From the NCBI GenBank assembly GCA_965248355.1, contig OZ252098.1, forward strand, positions 1,824,001-1,888,000: 64,000 nucleotides of DNA. The letters run 5' to 3'. The position numbers and the translations under genes were made by a program. This document shows positions 38,327 through 48,242 of the stretch, piece by piece; positions within the stretch are counted from its first letter, which is position 1, and each line of letters starts with the position of its first letter. This stretch comes from Candidatus Latescibacterota bacterium (GTDB taxonomy: Bacteria > Latescibacterota > UBA2968 > UBA8231). The notes beneath the pieces are model-generated. The model was not told the origin of the DNA, searched no databases, and saw only the letters and a list, made by a program, of their open reading frames with translations.

Positions 38327-41300
38327 GATCGGGACTCCTTTTCCGGCGCCTCGGCCGGCGTGGCCGGCACCGCCCAGAGGGTGACCGTGACCTCGTCTGA
38401 AAGCCGGCGCCAGCGCTCGTCGGCGGTGCGCACGACCGCGGTCCAGCCGTTGTCGGCGGACGGGCTCTGGCGGATCTCGTAGTAGCCGCTCCCCTCCGTC
38501 TCCAGGGCGAAGCGCCAGCCCCCTTCCTCGGGCACGGGTCCGTGGACCTCGGTGGTCACCTGCTCGGCCTGGCGGCCGTGCAACCAGCTGTACCTCAGGC
38601 CCTCGGCATTGTCGTAGTGGATCTCGTAGATCCCCCCGCCGTAGCTCGAGCGCCAGGTGAAGAGGCGCACGCCGCGGTCCCTCTCGCGCAGGGGATCCTC
38701 GGCCGGCGGCGGGATCGGCCCCCGCTCGAGCAGGTCCGACAGCGCCTGCAGGGCCTGCCTCTCCAGACGCCGGGCCGCCCGCAGGCGGACCCTGGCCCTC
38801 GCAGGATCGATCCTCGTCCCGTCCGCTTCTCCCGCGAACACGCCGAGGTCGCGCTGCAGGCCGCCGGAATCCTCGTCGAGCTCGTCCGCCACCCTCTGGT
38901 AGGCCGTCCCCGCGGCGTGGAGCAGGTCGCGCCGGGGCCCGGGACTCTCGCGGCCGGCGGCGGCAAGGAGGAACCGCGCCGCCCTTCTTCGAGCCTCGAT
39001 CAGGGGCGGCAGGTCCCCCGAGCCCATCCCCGCGAGCCGGTCCCGCTCGCCGTTAGCTGCGAGCCACTCCTCCGTCCACGGGAGCCGCTCCCAGTCCCGG
39101 ACCCAGGAATCCCAGGCGTGGAGCCCGGCCGGCCGCCGCTGCACGCCCCATGGCTCCGGCTGGTCTTCGGTCCAGATGGTCAGACCCATCTCCAGGGCCA
39201 GGGCGGCGACACTGTCCACGAGGGCGCCTTCGGCCAGGGGTTCTCCGGCCTTCTCCACCACCAGGATGGGACAGTTGCGCCAGAGGCGGTCGGGATAGCG
39301 GGCCCACCACTGGTCCCCGACGAGGCGCCATCCCTCTTCCTCCGGCCCAAGCTCGTAGAGCTCGATGCCCTCCGCCGTCTCGCGGTAGCCGGCGGCCACC
39401 TTCCACCGCTGGTCATCATCCCCGATCACCACCGGCAGGCCCCACGACAGCCAGCCCTTGATCTCCTTGAGGCTCTCCCGCGCCTTGAAGCCGCTGGAGA
39501 GGCTGTAACCCAGGCCGAGCCATTCGAGCATGCGCGGGGGCTCGGGACCGTACCTCGGCCACCCGACCGGGGAGTACGGACTCGAGTACGCGCCGGACCA
39601 GAACGGGGGCCCGCTCAGGGTCGCCAGGGTGAGGCTGTCGAGATCGGCCCGCCGCAGCCCGGCGGCGTCGGCCGCGGCTCCGAGCAGGCTCTCGGTGGTG
39701 GGCCGCGGAGGTTGCCGGAGGAGGACCGAGTCCGGGGCGGACAGGGCCGCCTCGAGGGGCTCGCCCCTCCCGAGATCCCCCACCCTCTCCTCGGAGAACC
39801 AGCCGTCGTAGATGTCCTCGGAGCGAACCCTCGCCGCCGGCGACAGGGGATCGGCGCCGGTGACGCTGTAACGGACGCCCGGATAGCGGTTGCCGGCGAA
39901 GCGCGGATCGTCGATCGGCTCGCAGACGTTGAAGGAGAAGTCGAACCGCCCCCGCCTCTGGGAGGCGCGCACGAGGAGCCTGTGCTCCCCGGCCTTCAGG
40001 TGTCCCCGCAGCTGCTCCTGCCCCAGCATGTGGCGGCGGCGGCCGTCGAACTCGTAGAGCGGCTCTCCGTCGATCCAGACGGTGAGGCCCTCGTCCGAGC
40101 CGAGCCAGAAGCGCACGGAGTCCGGACGCGCCATGGTGAAGGTCGTGTACGCATACACGGCGCAGTGGATGGGATCGTCGAAGTGGGAGTCCAGGTCGAT
40201 CTTGTCGTGGCCGAACCAGGTCACCTCGGACCAGCCGCCGCGGCCGGGCTCCGGGCGCAGCCCGGCCACCTCTTCGGGGGTGAACCGGTGATCGCGTTCC
40301 AGCGGTCCGAGAAGGGTCCAGCGGCGGGGGCCCATGCCGTAGTTGGCCTGCTCCGTCCACTCGCCGCCGCCGTAGTCGGCGCCCGCCTTGACGTAGCGCA
40401 TGGCCAGGGACTCCACGTCGCCGCCGAGGACGCGGATGTTCTCGTACACGCCCGGTCCCCGGCCCCGCTGCCAGGCCAGGTCGGCGAACTCGAAGTCGTC
40501 CGGATTGAAGCCCATGAGCCGGGCCACCACGAGGTCGGTGGCCACCGGGTCGGCGCCGGCGACGATCGTGTTGGCCCGCCGGGGAGTGCCGCCGAAGGCG
40601 CCGCCCTCGCTGCCGGCGATCATGTCGACCACGTTCAGGTCGACCTCGGTCAGGCCCCACAGGTCGACCCAGCACTCGTCCTGCACCCGCGGGGCGTGGG
40701 GGATGCCGGCGGGCCGGCGCTCGGTGCCGCCGCCCTTGTTCCAGCCGTAGATGTGCCCGGGAAGGATGCCGAGGTGGTTCTTCATCGCCGCCGTTAACTT
40801 GGCGCCGTGGGTCTTGGCCACGGGACAGTTGATCCAGGCGTCGGCCTCGAGGATGGTGGCGGCGATGTCGTAGTCCGGGTCGGCGAGGCCTCCGCCGCGG
40901 GGCGCCACGCGGACGGGACGGTCGAAGTTCAGGTCGACGCACTCGATGTCGACGCCCCGCCGGCGCAGCTCGCTCACCGTGGCCCGGTGTCCGGCGACCT
41001 CGAAGCCGTCCACCAGCCAGCCCGACGGCACCTCCTGGTCGGTGCTGTCCGCCAGGGTCGGGCTCATCCAGCCGCCGGCGCCCTCGGCGATGGAGATGCG
41101 CGCGCCCGGGGCCGCCTCGTGGACCAGGATCGCCACGGCCCGCACCACGCGGGCGTCGGTGACGATGCCGGAGCCGGAGGGGTCGGGTATGGTGACGTTC
41201 GGCTTGATCGCCACCCACCGCGCCGTATCGGGCACGAAGGCCCCCATGCCCCCCACGAGGTCGACGGCGCGGCGCACCATCTGCAGGACCTGGCCGGCGG

Positions 41301-41433
41301 TGAGGGAATCGGTGCGCGCCGCGGGTGCGGCCAGGGATGCGTCGTCGGAGGGGACGACGCCGACGCGGAAGGACTGGGCCGCGGCCCACGAGGAGAAGAG
41401 CAGGACCAGCAGGATGTGGGCGATTCGGTTCAG
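38323..41433 (-). CDS. Large secreted DUF362-domain multidomain protein (probable CTG start)
   Basis: VAIKPN, IAEG, INCPVAKTH, AMKNHLG, ADPVATD (DUF362), then WLGSDEGLTVWIDG (PA14-like). A signal peptide LNRIAHILLVLLFSSWAAA lies in frame upstream of ATG 41280. Confidence 0.8.
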   Translation of the reverse strand: MNRIAHILLVLLFSSWAAAQSFRVGVVPSDDASLAAPAARTDSLTAGQVLQMVRRAVDLVGGMGAFVPDTARWVAIKPNVTIPDPSGSGIVTDARVVRAVAILVHEAAPGARISIAEGAGGWMSPTLADSTDQEVPSGWLVDGFEVAGHRATVSELRRRGVDIECVDLNFDRPVRVAPRGGGLADPDYDIAATILEADAWINCPVAKTHGAKLTAAMKNHLGILPGHIYGWNKGGGTERRPAGIPHAPRVQDECWVDLWGLTEVDLNVVDMIAGSEGGAFGGTPRRANTIVAGADPVATDLVVARLMGFNPDDFEFADLAWQRGRGPGVYENIRVLGGDVESLAMRYVKAGADYGGGEWTEQANYGMGPRRWTLLGPLERDHRFTPEEVAGLRPEPGRGGWSEVTWFGHDKIDLDSHFDDPIHCAVYAYTTFTMARPDSVRFWLGSDEGLTVWIDGEPLYEFDGRRRHMLGQEQLRGHLKAGEHRLLVRASQRRGRFDFSFNVCEPIDDPRFAGNRYPGVRYSVTGADPLSPAARVRSEDIYDGWFSEERVGDLGRGEPLEAALSAPDSVLLRQPPRPTTESLLGAAADAAGLRRADLDSLTLATLSGPPFWSGAYSSPYSPVGWPRYGPEPPRMLEWLGLGYSLSSGFKARESLKEIKGWLSWGLPVVIGDDDQRWKVAAGYRETAEGIELYELGPEEEGWRLVGDQWWARYPDRLWRNCPILVVEKAGEPLAEGALVDSVAALALEMGLTIWTEDQPEPWGVQRRPAGLHAWDSWVRDWERLPWTEEWLAANGERDRLAGMGSGDLPPLIEARRRAARFLLAAAGRESPGPRRDLLHAAGTAYQRVADELDEDSGGLQRDLGVFAGEADGTRIDPARARVRLRAARRLERQALQALSDLLERGPIPPPAEDPLRERDRGVRLFTWRSSYGGGIYEIHYDNAEGLRYSWLHGRQAEQVTTEVHGPVPEEGGWRFALETEGSGYYEIRQSPSADNGWTAVVRTADERWRRLSDEVTVTLWAVPATPAEAPEKESRS

Positions 41434-41563
41434 GACGGCTCTCTGCGGTCAAAAGGTCAGGGAAAAGGAATAGCGCCCCCCTGTGAGACATTGTCAAACG
41501 GTCGCCGGCTCACGCCGCGGCCCCGTTGACCCTCCTCCGGCCGGCGCCCAATATACCCGCCTC

Positions 41564-44500
41564 ATGGAACGACATCTCGAACGCGGCGACTTCCGCCTCC
41601 TCCTCGGATGCGCCGCCCTCACCGTCCTCGGCCTGGTGGTGGGGGCCCGCTTCTTCTACGACGCCTTCCCCGAGGCGACCATCGACTTCGCCCTCACCCG
41701 CGGCGAAGCCCGGGAGGAGGCGGCCTCCTTCCTCGAGGGCCGGGGCCTCGACCTCGACGGCTACCGGCACGCCGTCCTGTTCCGCTACGACGACGGCGCC
41801 AAGACCTTTCTCGAGCGCGAGCTCGGCCTCGAGGGGGCCAGCGCCGCCATCGACGACCCGGTGCGCCTGTGGCGCTGGAGCAACCGCTGGTTCCGGGAGC
41901 GGCAGAAGGAGGAGTTCCGGGTCGAGCACACGACCACCGGGGACCTCGTCGGCTTCCGGCACCTGATCGAGGAGGAGGCCGCCGGCGACCGCCTGTCCCA
42001 GCCCGAGGCGCGGGGCTTGGCGCAGCGGTTCCTGTCGCAGGCGATGGGCCTCGACCCGGACCGGCTGGAGTTCGTCGAGGCCGAGACCACGGAGCGGCCC
42101 AACCGCGTCGACCACGCCTTCACCTGGAAGCTGACCGGCTTCGAGGTCTCCGGGGCCAGCTACCGCTACCGCGTCGGCGTCCAGGGCGGCGAGGTCGGTG
42201 GCTTCACCGAGTTCCTGAAGGTGCCGGAAGCCTGGGAGCGGGACTACAAGGAGCTGCGTTCCCGCAACGAGACCACCGGCCTGGTGGCCTTCCTGTTCCT
42301 CTTCGCCACCTGGCTGGCCCTGCTCGTCCGTCTCGTCCTGAGCATCCGCAACCAGGACGTGCGGTGGCGCTTCGTCCTCGTCCTCGGGGGCATCGCCTTC
42401 GTCCTCACCTTCCTGGCCAACCTCAACGCCCTGCCGGTGGCGGTGTACAACTTCGACACCACCGGCACCTTCGGCAGCTTCCTGGCCGGGGGCGTGCTGG
42501 AAGCCGCCGCCGGCGCCCTGGCCATCGCCCTGGTCATCGCCTTCGTGGTGGCCGGCGGCGAGCCGGAGTACCGCCGCTGGTACGGGGACCACATCCGCCA
42601 GTCGAAGCAGTTCCTGCTCGAGGGGATCCGCACCCGGCGCTTCCTTACGGGCAGCGTCATCGGGCTGACGATGACGGCCCTCTTCATCGCCTACCAGAGC
42701 GTGTTCTACGTCGTGGCCGGACGGTTCGGGGCCTGGAGCCCGGCCGACATCCCCTACCGGGAGATGGTCAACACCTACGTCCCCTGGGTCGTGGTGCTCC
42801 TCATCGGGTTCCTGCCCGCCGTCTCCGAGGAGTTCACCTCCCGCGCCTTCTCCATCCCCTTCCTGCACCGGATCCTCCGGCACCGCTGGGCGGCGGTGCT
42901 CATCTCCGCCGCCATCTGGGGGTTCGCCCACGCCGGCTATCCGCAGCAGCCCTTCTGGATCCGCGGCCTGGAGGTGGGGCTGGCAGGAGTCGCCGTCGGC
43001 TACGTCTTCGTGCGCTGGGGGCTGCTGCCGGTCCTGGTCTGGCACTACACGATCGACGCCTTCTACACGGCCCTGATCCTGCTGCGCTCCAGCGACCCCT
43101 ACTTCGTGCTCTCCGCCGCCCTGTCGGTGGGCCTCCTGCTGCTGCCCCTCGGGGCGGCGGTGGTCCTCTACCTGCGGCGGGGGTCCTTCGTCGACCCCGG
43201 GCCGCTGCTGAACCAGGAGGACAGCCCGCCCCTCGAAGAGGTGCGCCCGGACCCGCCCGCAGAGCCGGGACCCGGCGACGGGACCCCTCCCGAGGCCTCC
43301 GCCTACCGGCCGCTGAGCCGTGCCCGGCTCGCCGTCGCCGCCGCGGCCGTCCTTGCGGCGTTGTCGGTCTTCGCCCTCCAGAAGCCGGAACTGGCCCCGA
43401 AGGTCGACTACGGCCTGACCTCCGGGGCGGCCCTCGCCGAGGGCCGCCGGCACCTGTCCGCCCTGGGCGTCGACGTCGACTCCTGGCGCACGGTGGTGAC
43501 CCAGGAGACCCCCTGGAGCTGGACCGCCGTCGAGTACCGCGACGAGCGTGCCGGCCCGGCCATGGCCTCGGAGCCCTACAAGGGCGCTCTGGCGCCCTCT
43601 CTGTGGCGGGTCCGCTTCTTCCAGCCCGGGGAGAAGGAGGAGTGGTCGGTCCTGCTGCGCCCGGAGGACGGCGAGGTCTACGAGGTCCGCCACCAACTTG
43701 CCGAGGAGGCGCCGGGCGACAGTCTGTCCGAGGAGGAGGCGATGGCCGTGGCCCTGGACCACATGCGCGCCTTCGGCCTGGATCCGTCCTCCTTCACGCT
43801 CAAGGAGGCCTCCGCCGAGGACCTGCCCGGGCGCCGCGACCACTGGTTCGAGTGGGAGGCGAAGGAGGGCGACCGGCGCAACCTCGACGAGGCCAGGTTC
43901 CGCTGCCGGGTGCACGTGGCCGGAGACCAGGCCGCCGGCCTGCACCGCTACATCAAGCTGCCCGAGGACTGGCTGCGGGAGCGCCGCCAGGGCTCCTGGT
44001 GGCGCACGACCTTGGAGTGGACACCCGCCGCCGTGGGCATGGCCGCGGCCGTGCACCTGCTGGTGCTCCTCGTGCAGCACATCCGCTCGGGAGCCCTGGC
44101 CTGGCGGCGGCCGTTCCGGCTCGGGCTCTTCGCAGCCGTGGTCTTCGCCCTCGCCCAGGTGAACGGGCTGCCCTCCTTCTACGGAGCCTACGCCACCGAG
44201 GTCCCCCTCACCCTCTACATGGTCATCCGCCTCGTGGGCTTTCTGTTCTCCGTGGTCACCGTCGGGCTTCTCGTGGCCGTGGCCGCCGGACTCTGCGGCT
44301 CCCTCTACCCGGCGGCCGAGGACCGCATGGGCCGGACCGGCCTGCGCCTGCAACTGCGCGACGCCGTGCCCCTCGCCGCCCTCGCCGTCGCCGGGAGACT
44401 GGCCCTGGACCGCTTCTCGGGGATCCTCGCCGCCGCCCTCCCCGCGGGGGCTTCCCCGCCCTCCCCCGAGATCCCGGAGGTCGGCTCCTGGGCGCCCGCC

Positions 44501-44977
44501 CTGGGCGGTCTCCTGGGCGCCGTGATGAGCGCGTTGCTCCTGCCCCTGGCCGCCGCCGTCCTCGTGTACTACGTCGTCCGCGTCCTCCGCCGCCCGGCGG
44601 TGGTGATCCTCGTCCTGCTCGCATGCGGGGGGGCCCTGGCCGGCGCCGAGGCCCACCGGCCGGCCGAGTTCCTCTACGACCTGGCCTGGTTCGCCCTGAC
44701 CGCCGCGCTGCTGGCCGCCGCCGTGTACTGGTTCTTCCGCGACAACGTCGCCGCTTACGCCCTCACCGGCTTCCTCTTCGCCGCCGCGGAGGGCGGCCTC
44801 GGCCTGCTGGATCAGTCGGCCTATGCCGCCCAGGGCTGGGTGATGCTCGTCGGCGGCGCGGCTTTCCTGGCCGGCCTGTGGCTGCTGTCCGACGGGAGCG
44901 CCCCTCGTGGCGAGCTGGCCGGGGACCATCCCGCCCCTTCGGCCGAAGACCCGCCGGACCCGCCGCAAGGACCCTGA
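41564..44977 (+). CDS. CPBP (CAAX/Abi) intramembrane metalloprotease with duplicated extracytoplasmic domains
   Basis: SEEFTSR, WGFAH, WHYTID motifs. Many TM segments; two similar soluble domains. Confidence 0.85.
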   Translation: MERHLERGDFRLLLGCAALTVLGLVVGARFFYDAFPEATIDFALTRGEAREEAASFLEGRGLDLDGYRHAVLFRYDDGAKTFLERELGLEGASAAIDDPVRLWRWSNRWFRERQKEEFRVEHTTTGDLVGFRHLIEEEAAGDRLSQPEARGLAQRFLSQAMGLDPDRLEFVEAETTERPNRVDHAFTWKLTGFEVSGASYRYRVGVQGGEVGGFTEFLKVPEAWERDYKELRSRNETTGLVAFLFLFATWLALLVRLVLSIRNQDVRWRFVLVLGGIAFVLTFLANLNALPVAVYNFDTTGTFGSFLAGGVLEAAAGALAIALVIAFVVAGGEPEYRRWYGDHIRQSKQFLLEGIRTRRFLTGSVIGLTMTALFIAYQSVFYVVAGRFGAWSPADIPYREMVNTYVPWVVVLLIGFLPAVSEEFTSRAFSIPFLHRILRHRWAAVLISAAIWGFAHAGYPQQPFWIRGLEVGLAGVAVGYVFVRWGLLPVLVWHYTIDAFYTALILLRSSDPYFVLSAALSVGLLLLPLGAAVVLYLRRGSFVDPGPLLNQEDSPPLEEVRPDPPAEPGPGDGTPPEASAYRPLSRARLAVAAAAVLAALSVFALQKPELAPKVDYGLTSGAALAEGRRHLSALGVDVDSWRTVVTQETPWSWTAVEYRDERAGPAMASEPYKGALAPSLWRVRFFQPGEKEEWSVLLRPEDGEVYEVRHQLAEEAPGDSLSEEEAMAVALDHMRAFGLDPSSFTLKEASAEDLPGRRDHWFEWEAKEGDRRNLDEARFRCRVHVAGDQAAGLHRYIKLPEDWLRERRQGSWWRTTLEWTPAAVGMAAAVHLLVLLVQHIRSGALAWRRPFRLGLFAAVVFALAQVNGLPSFYGAYATEVPLTLYMVIRLVGFLFSVVTVGLLVAVAAGLCGSLYPAAEDRMGRTGLRLQLRDAVPLAALAVAGRLALDRFSGILAAALPAGASPPSPEIPEVGSWAPALGGLLGAVMSALLLPLAAAVLVYYVVRVLRRPAVVILVLLACGGALAGAEAHRPAEFLYDLAWFALTAALLAAAVYWFFRDNVAAYALTGFLFAAAEGGLGLLDQSAYAAQGWVMLVGGAAFLAGLWLLSDGSAPRGELAGDHPAPSAEDPPDPPQGP

Positions 44978-46428
44978 TGCACCTGCTCGTCACCGGGGCC
45001 TCGGGCCGCGTCGGCGCCTGTGTGGTGCGCGGCCTGCGGGCCCGGGGCCACCGCGTGCGCGCCTTCGACCGCCGGGCCCCCGCCGACGGCGCCGGCGGGG
45101 AGAGCCTGCAGGGGGACCTGGGGGACTTCGATCAGGTCCGCCGCGCCGTGGACGGCGTCGATGCCGTAATCCACCTCGGGGGCAATGCCGGCGAGAAGCC
45201 CTGGCCGGAGATCGGCAACAACAACTACATCGGCTGCTACCACGTCTTCGAGGCGGCGCGGGAGCTGGGCGTGCGGCGCGTGGCCTTCGCCAGCCGCGCC
45301 GGCCTGCTGCGTCTCTACCCGGACGGCGTGCAGCGCCGGGTGGACATGCTCCCCCGTCCGGTGGGCCTCTACGACAACAGCAAGCTCTTCGGCGAGATGC
45401 TGGCGTCCATGTACGCCTCGCGCTTCGGCATGGAGTGCGTCTGCGTCCGCATCGGCAACTTCAGCCCCGACCGCGACGAGCCCGGGCACCCGCACGAGCT
45501 GAGCCACGGCGACTGCGTCCACCTCTTCGAGCAGGCCGTCACCCATCCGGGGGTGGGCTTCGAGATCGTCTTCGGCGTCTCGGGGAGCGACTGGCCGCTC
45601 TACGACCTGGACCACGGCCGGCAGGCCATCGGCTACGATCCGCAGGACGTCTCCCGCGTGCCGGAGGACAAGCGCGTCTTCCGCGGCGCGGACGGGCCGG
45701 CGGAGCCCCTGTCGGAGGCGCCGCCCCGGCGGGTGCTGATCACCGGCGCCGCGGGGAGCGTGGGACGGGTCCTGGCCCGCGGCCTGCGCCGGCGCTACGA
45801 GATCCGCGGCATGGACCGGGCGGAGATGCCGGAGCTCTCCGACACCGTGGTGGCTCCCCTCGGCGACTTCGAGGCCTGCCTGCGGGCCACGCGGGACGTG
45901 GACGCCGTCGTCCACCTGGGAGGCACCCCCAGCGGGGGGTCGCCGTGGGAGGAGGTGTGGTCCTCCAACTTCGTCGGCACCTGGAACATCATGGAGGCGG
46001 TGAGGCGCAACCGGGTGCCCCGCGTCGCCTACGCCAGCCGCGCCGGTATCCTCTCCCCCTACCCGCCGGGTCTGCGGCGCACCGTCGACCTCTACCCGAG
46101 GCCGGAGAGCTACTACACGATCAGCAAGATCTTCGGAGAGGGCCTGGGCCACACCTGGGCCTGGCGCCACGGCACCCGCTTCGTCGGCGTGCGCATCGGC
46201 AACTTCAGCCGCGAGCGCGACCAGCCGGCGCACCCCCACCAACTGGGGCACGAGGACGCGGTGCGCGTCTTCGAGGCGGCCATCGCCCACACGGGGGCGA
46301 CGTACGAGATCGTCTTCGGGGTATCGGACAGCGACTGGTCCCTCTACGACGTCGACCACGGCCGGCGGGCGATCGGCTACGAGCCCGCCCAGCGCAGCGT
46401 CGTCCCGGAGTCGGAGCGGACGGGCTAA
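44977..46428 (+). CDS. Two-domain NAD-dependent epimerase/dehydratase (uronate-dehydrogenase-like) fusion
   Basis: TGASGRVG...YDNSK...RIGNF and TGAAGSVG...YTISK...RIGNF. TGATG coupling with the upstream gene. Confidence 0.88.
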   Translation: MHLLVTGASGRVGACVVRGLRARGHRVRAFDRRAPADGAGGESLQGDLGDFDQVRRAVDGVDAVIHLGGNAGEKPWPEIGNNNYIGCYHVFEAARELGVRRVAFASRAGLLRLYPDGVQRRVDMLPRPVGLYDNSKLFGEMLASMYASRFGMECVCVRIGNFSPDRDEPGHPHELSHGDCVHLFEQAVTHPGVGFEIVFGVSGSDWPLYDLDHGRQAIGYDPQDVSRVPEDKRVFRGADGPAEPLSEAPPRRVLITGAAGSVGRVLARGLRRRYEIRGMDRAEMPELSDTVVAPLGDFEACLRATRDVDAVVHLGGTPSGGSPWEEVWSSNFVGTWNIMEAVRRNRVPRVAYASRAGILSPYPPGLRRTVDLYPRPESYYTISKIFGEGLGHTWAWRHGTRFVGVRIGNFSRERDQPAHPHQLGHEDAVRVFEAAIAHTGATYEIVFGVSDSDWSLYDVDHGRRAIGYEPAQRSVVPESERTG

Positions 46429-46441
46429 TCCTCGACGGGGG

Positions 46442-48226
46442 TCAGTCCGAGTACTCCACCGGCCCGACGCTCTCCTCGATCCGCCGCCGCAGTCCCGCCA
46501 GCTCTTCCTGCACGCGGGAGGCGACCTCGGCCACGGGCACTTCTTCTCCCCGGCCCCGGCCGCCGCGGATCTTCACCTCCAGCGTCCCCTTCTTCAGACC
46601 GCGGTCACCGACGGTGACCCGCACCGGGCAGCCCAGGAGGTCGGCGTCGTTGAACTTGACGCCGGGGTTCTCGGCTCGGTCGTCGTAGAGGACCTCGACG
46701 CCGGCCGATCTCAACTCCTCGTAGAGGGTCTCGGCAGCCGACCGGACCGGTCCCTCGGCCCTGGCCAGGGAGACGAGATGCACCTGGTACGGGGCCACGG
46801 TCACCGGCAGGGAGAGGCCGTCGTCGTCGTGGTGCTCCTCGGCGACGCAGGCCAGCAGCCGGCCCACGCCGATGCCGTAGGAGCCCATGATGACGGGACG
46901 CTCCCGGCCCTGCTCGTCGAGGAAGGAGGCGCCCAGGGCCTCGCTGTAGCGCGTGCCGAGCTGGAAGATGTTGCCCATCTCGACGCCGCGGACGATGCGC
47001 AGGGCGGCGCCGCACGCGCCGCAGGCGTGTCCCGCCCCGGCCAGGGCGATGTCGTCGACCACGGCGGCCTTCCAGTCGCGGCCGTGGTTGACGTTGCGCA
47101 CGTGGTACCCGGCCTCGTTGGCGCCGGACACGAGGTTCGGCGACGAGGCCACGGAGTCGTCGGCCACCACCAGGGCGCTCTCGTCCAGCCCCATGGGCGA
47201 GGCGTACCCAGGCACCGCGCCGGCCGCGGCGATCTCCTCGTCGCGGGCCGGCCTCAGGGACAGGGCGCCGGCGGCGTTGGCCAGCTTGATCTCGTTGACC
47301 TCGAGGTCCCCGCGGATGACGGCGAGGACGAGCCGTTCCGCGGACTCGCCGCCGGCCTCGGCGGCCTTGAAGCGGCCCACCAGGAAGACCGCCTTCGCCG
47401 TGCGGCTCCCGGGGACGTCGAGGAAGGCGGCCAGCTCGGCGATGGTCGCCGCCCCCGGGGTGGCCACCCGCTCCAGGGCCGCCGGTTCCTCCTCGGCGGC
47501 CGCCGCCTTGGCGAAGCCGGCGACCTCGGTGTTGGCCGCGTACCCGCAGGCGTCGCACAGGGCCAGGGTGTTCTCCCCCACCTCGTTGAGATACATGAAC
47601 TCGTGGGCCGCGGAGCCGCCCATCATGCCCACGTCGGAGCGCACCGCCCGCACCGGCAGGCCGCAGCGCCGGAAGATGTTGAAGTAGGCCTGGTAGTGGG
47701 CCCGGTACTGGGCCTCCAGCCCCTCCGGCGCGGCGTCGAGGGAGTAGGAGTCCTTCATGGTGAACTCGCGCACCCGCAGCAGGCCGGAGGTGGGCCGCGC
47801 CTCGTCGCGCCACTTGGTCTGGAAGTGATAGACCATGCAGGGCAGCTGCCGGTACGAGCGGATCTCCCGGCTGGCCAGGTCGGCGACGATCTCCTCGTGG
47901 GTGGTGGCCAGCACCATGTCGCGGCCGTGACGGTCCTGGAAGCGGGTCAGCGACTCGTCGTACTCCTCGTAGCGGCCCGAGGTCTTCCACACGTCCGCGG
48001 CGTGGACCACGGGCATCTTGATCTCCTGGCCGCCGATGGCATCCATCTCGCGGCGGATGATCTCCTCGATCTTGCCGAGGGACCGCTGCGCCAGCGGCAG
48101 GTAGCTGAAGATGCCGCTGGCGAGCTGGCGGATGTACCCGGCCCGCAGCAACAGGATGTGGCTGGCCACCTGGGCGTCCGCCGGGGCCTCCCGCAGGGTC
48201 TGGCTGAACAGTCGGCTCATGCGCAT
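46442..48226 (-). CDS. proS: Proline--tRNA ligase (bacterial type, with INS editing domain)
   Basis: SHILLLRAGYI, THEE, QTKWRDEARP, VREFTMKDSYS, GNIFQLG, MGSYGIGVGR. Confidence 0.97.
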   Translation of the reverse strand: MRMSRLFSQTLREAPADAQVASHILLLRAGYIRQLASGIFSYLPLAQRSLGKIEEIIRREMDAIGGQEIKMPVVHAADVWKTSGRYEEYDESLTRFQDRHGRDMVLATTHEEIVADLASREIRSYRQLPCMVYHFQTKWRDEARPTSGLLRVREFTMKDSYSLDAAPEGLEAQYRAHYQAYFNIFRRCGLPVRAVRSDVGMMGGSAAHEFMYLNEVGENTLALCDACGYAANTEVAGFAKAAAAEEEPAALERVATPGAATIAELAAFLDVPGSRTAKAVFLVGRFKAAEAGGESAERLVLAVIRGDLEVNEIKLANAAGALSLRPARDEEIAAAGAVPGYASPMGLDESALVVADDSVASSPNLVSGANEAGYHVRNVNHGRDWKAAVVDDIALAGAGHACGACGAALRIVRGVEMGNIFQLGTRYSEALGASFLDEQGRERPVIMGSYGIGVGRLLACVAEEHHDDDGLSLPVTVAPYQVHLVSLARAEGPVRSAAETLYEELRSAGVEVLYDDRAENPGVKFNDADLLGCPVRVTVGDRGLKKGTLEVKIRGGRGRGEEVPVAEVASRVQEELAGLRRRIEESVGPVEYSD

Positions 48227-48242
48227 CGGTATCCGCTCTCCT

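Noticed and set aside
41608..44976. N-terminal ~1120 aa of the 1606-aa ORF
   Set aside because: This Arg/Pro-rich off-frame overlap of the CPBP gene is not coding. The real gene starts at ATG 44977.
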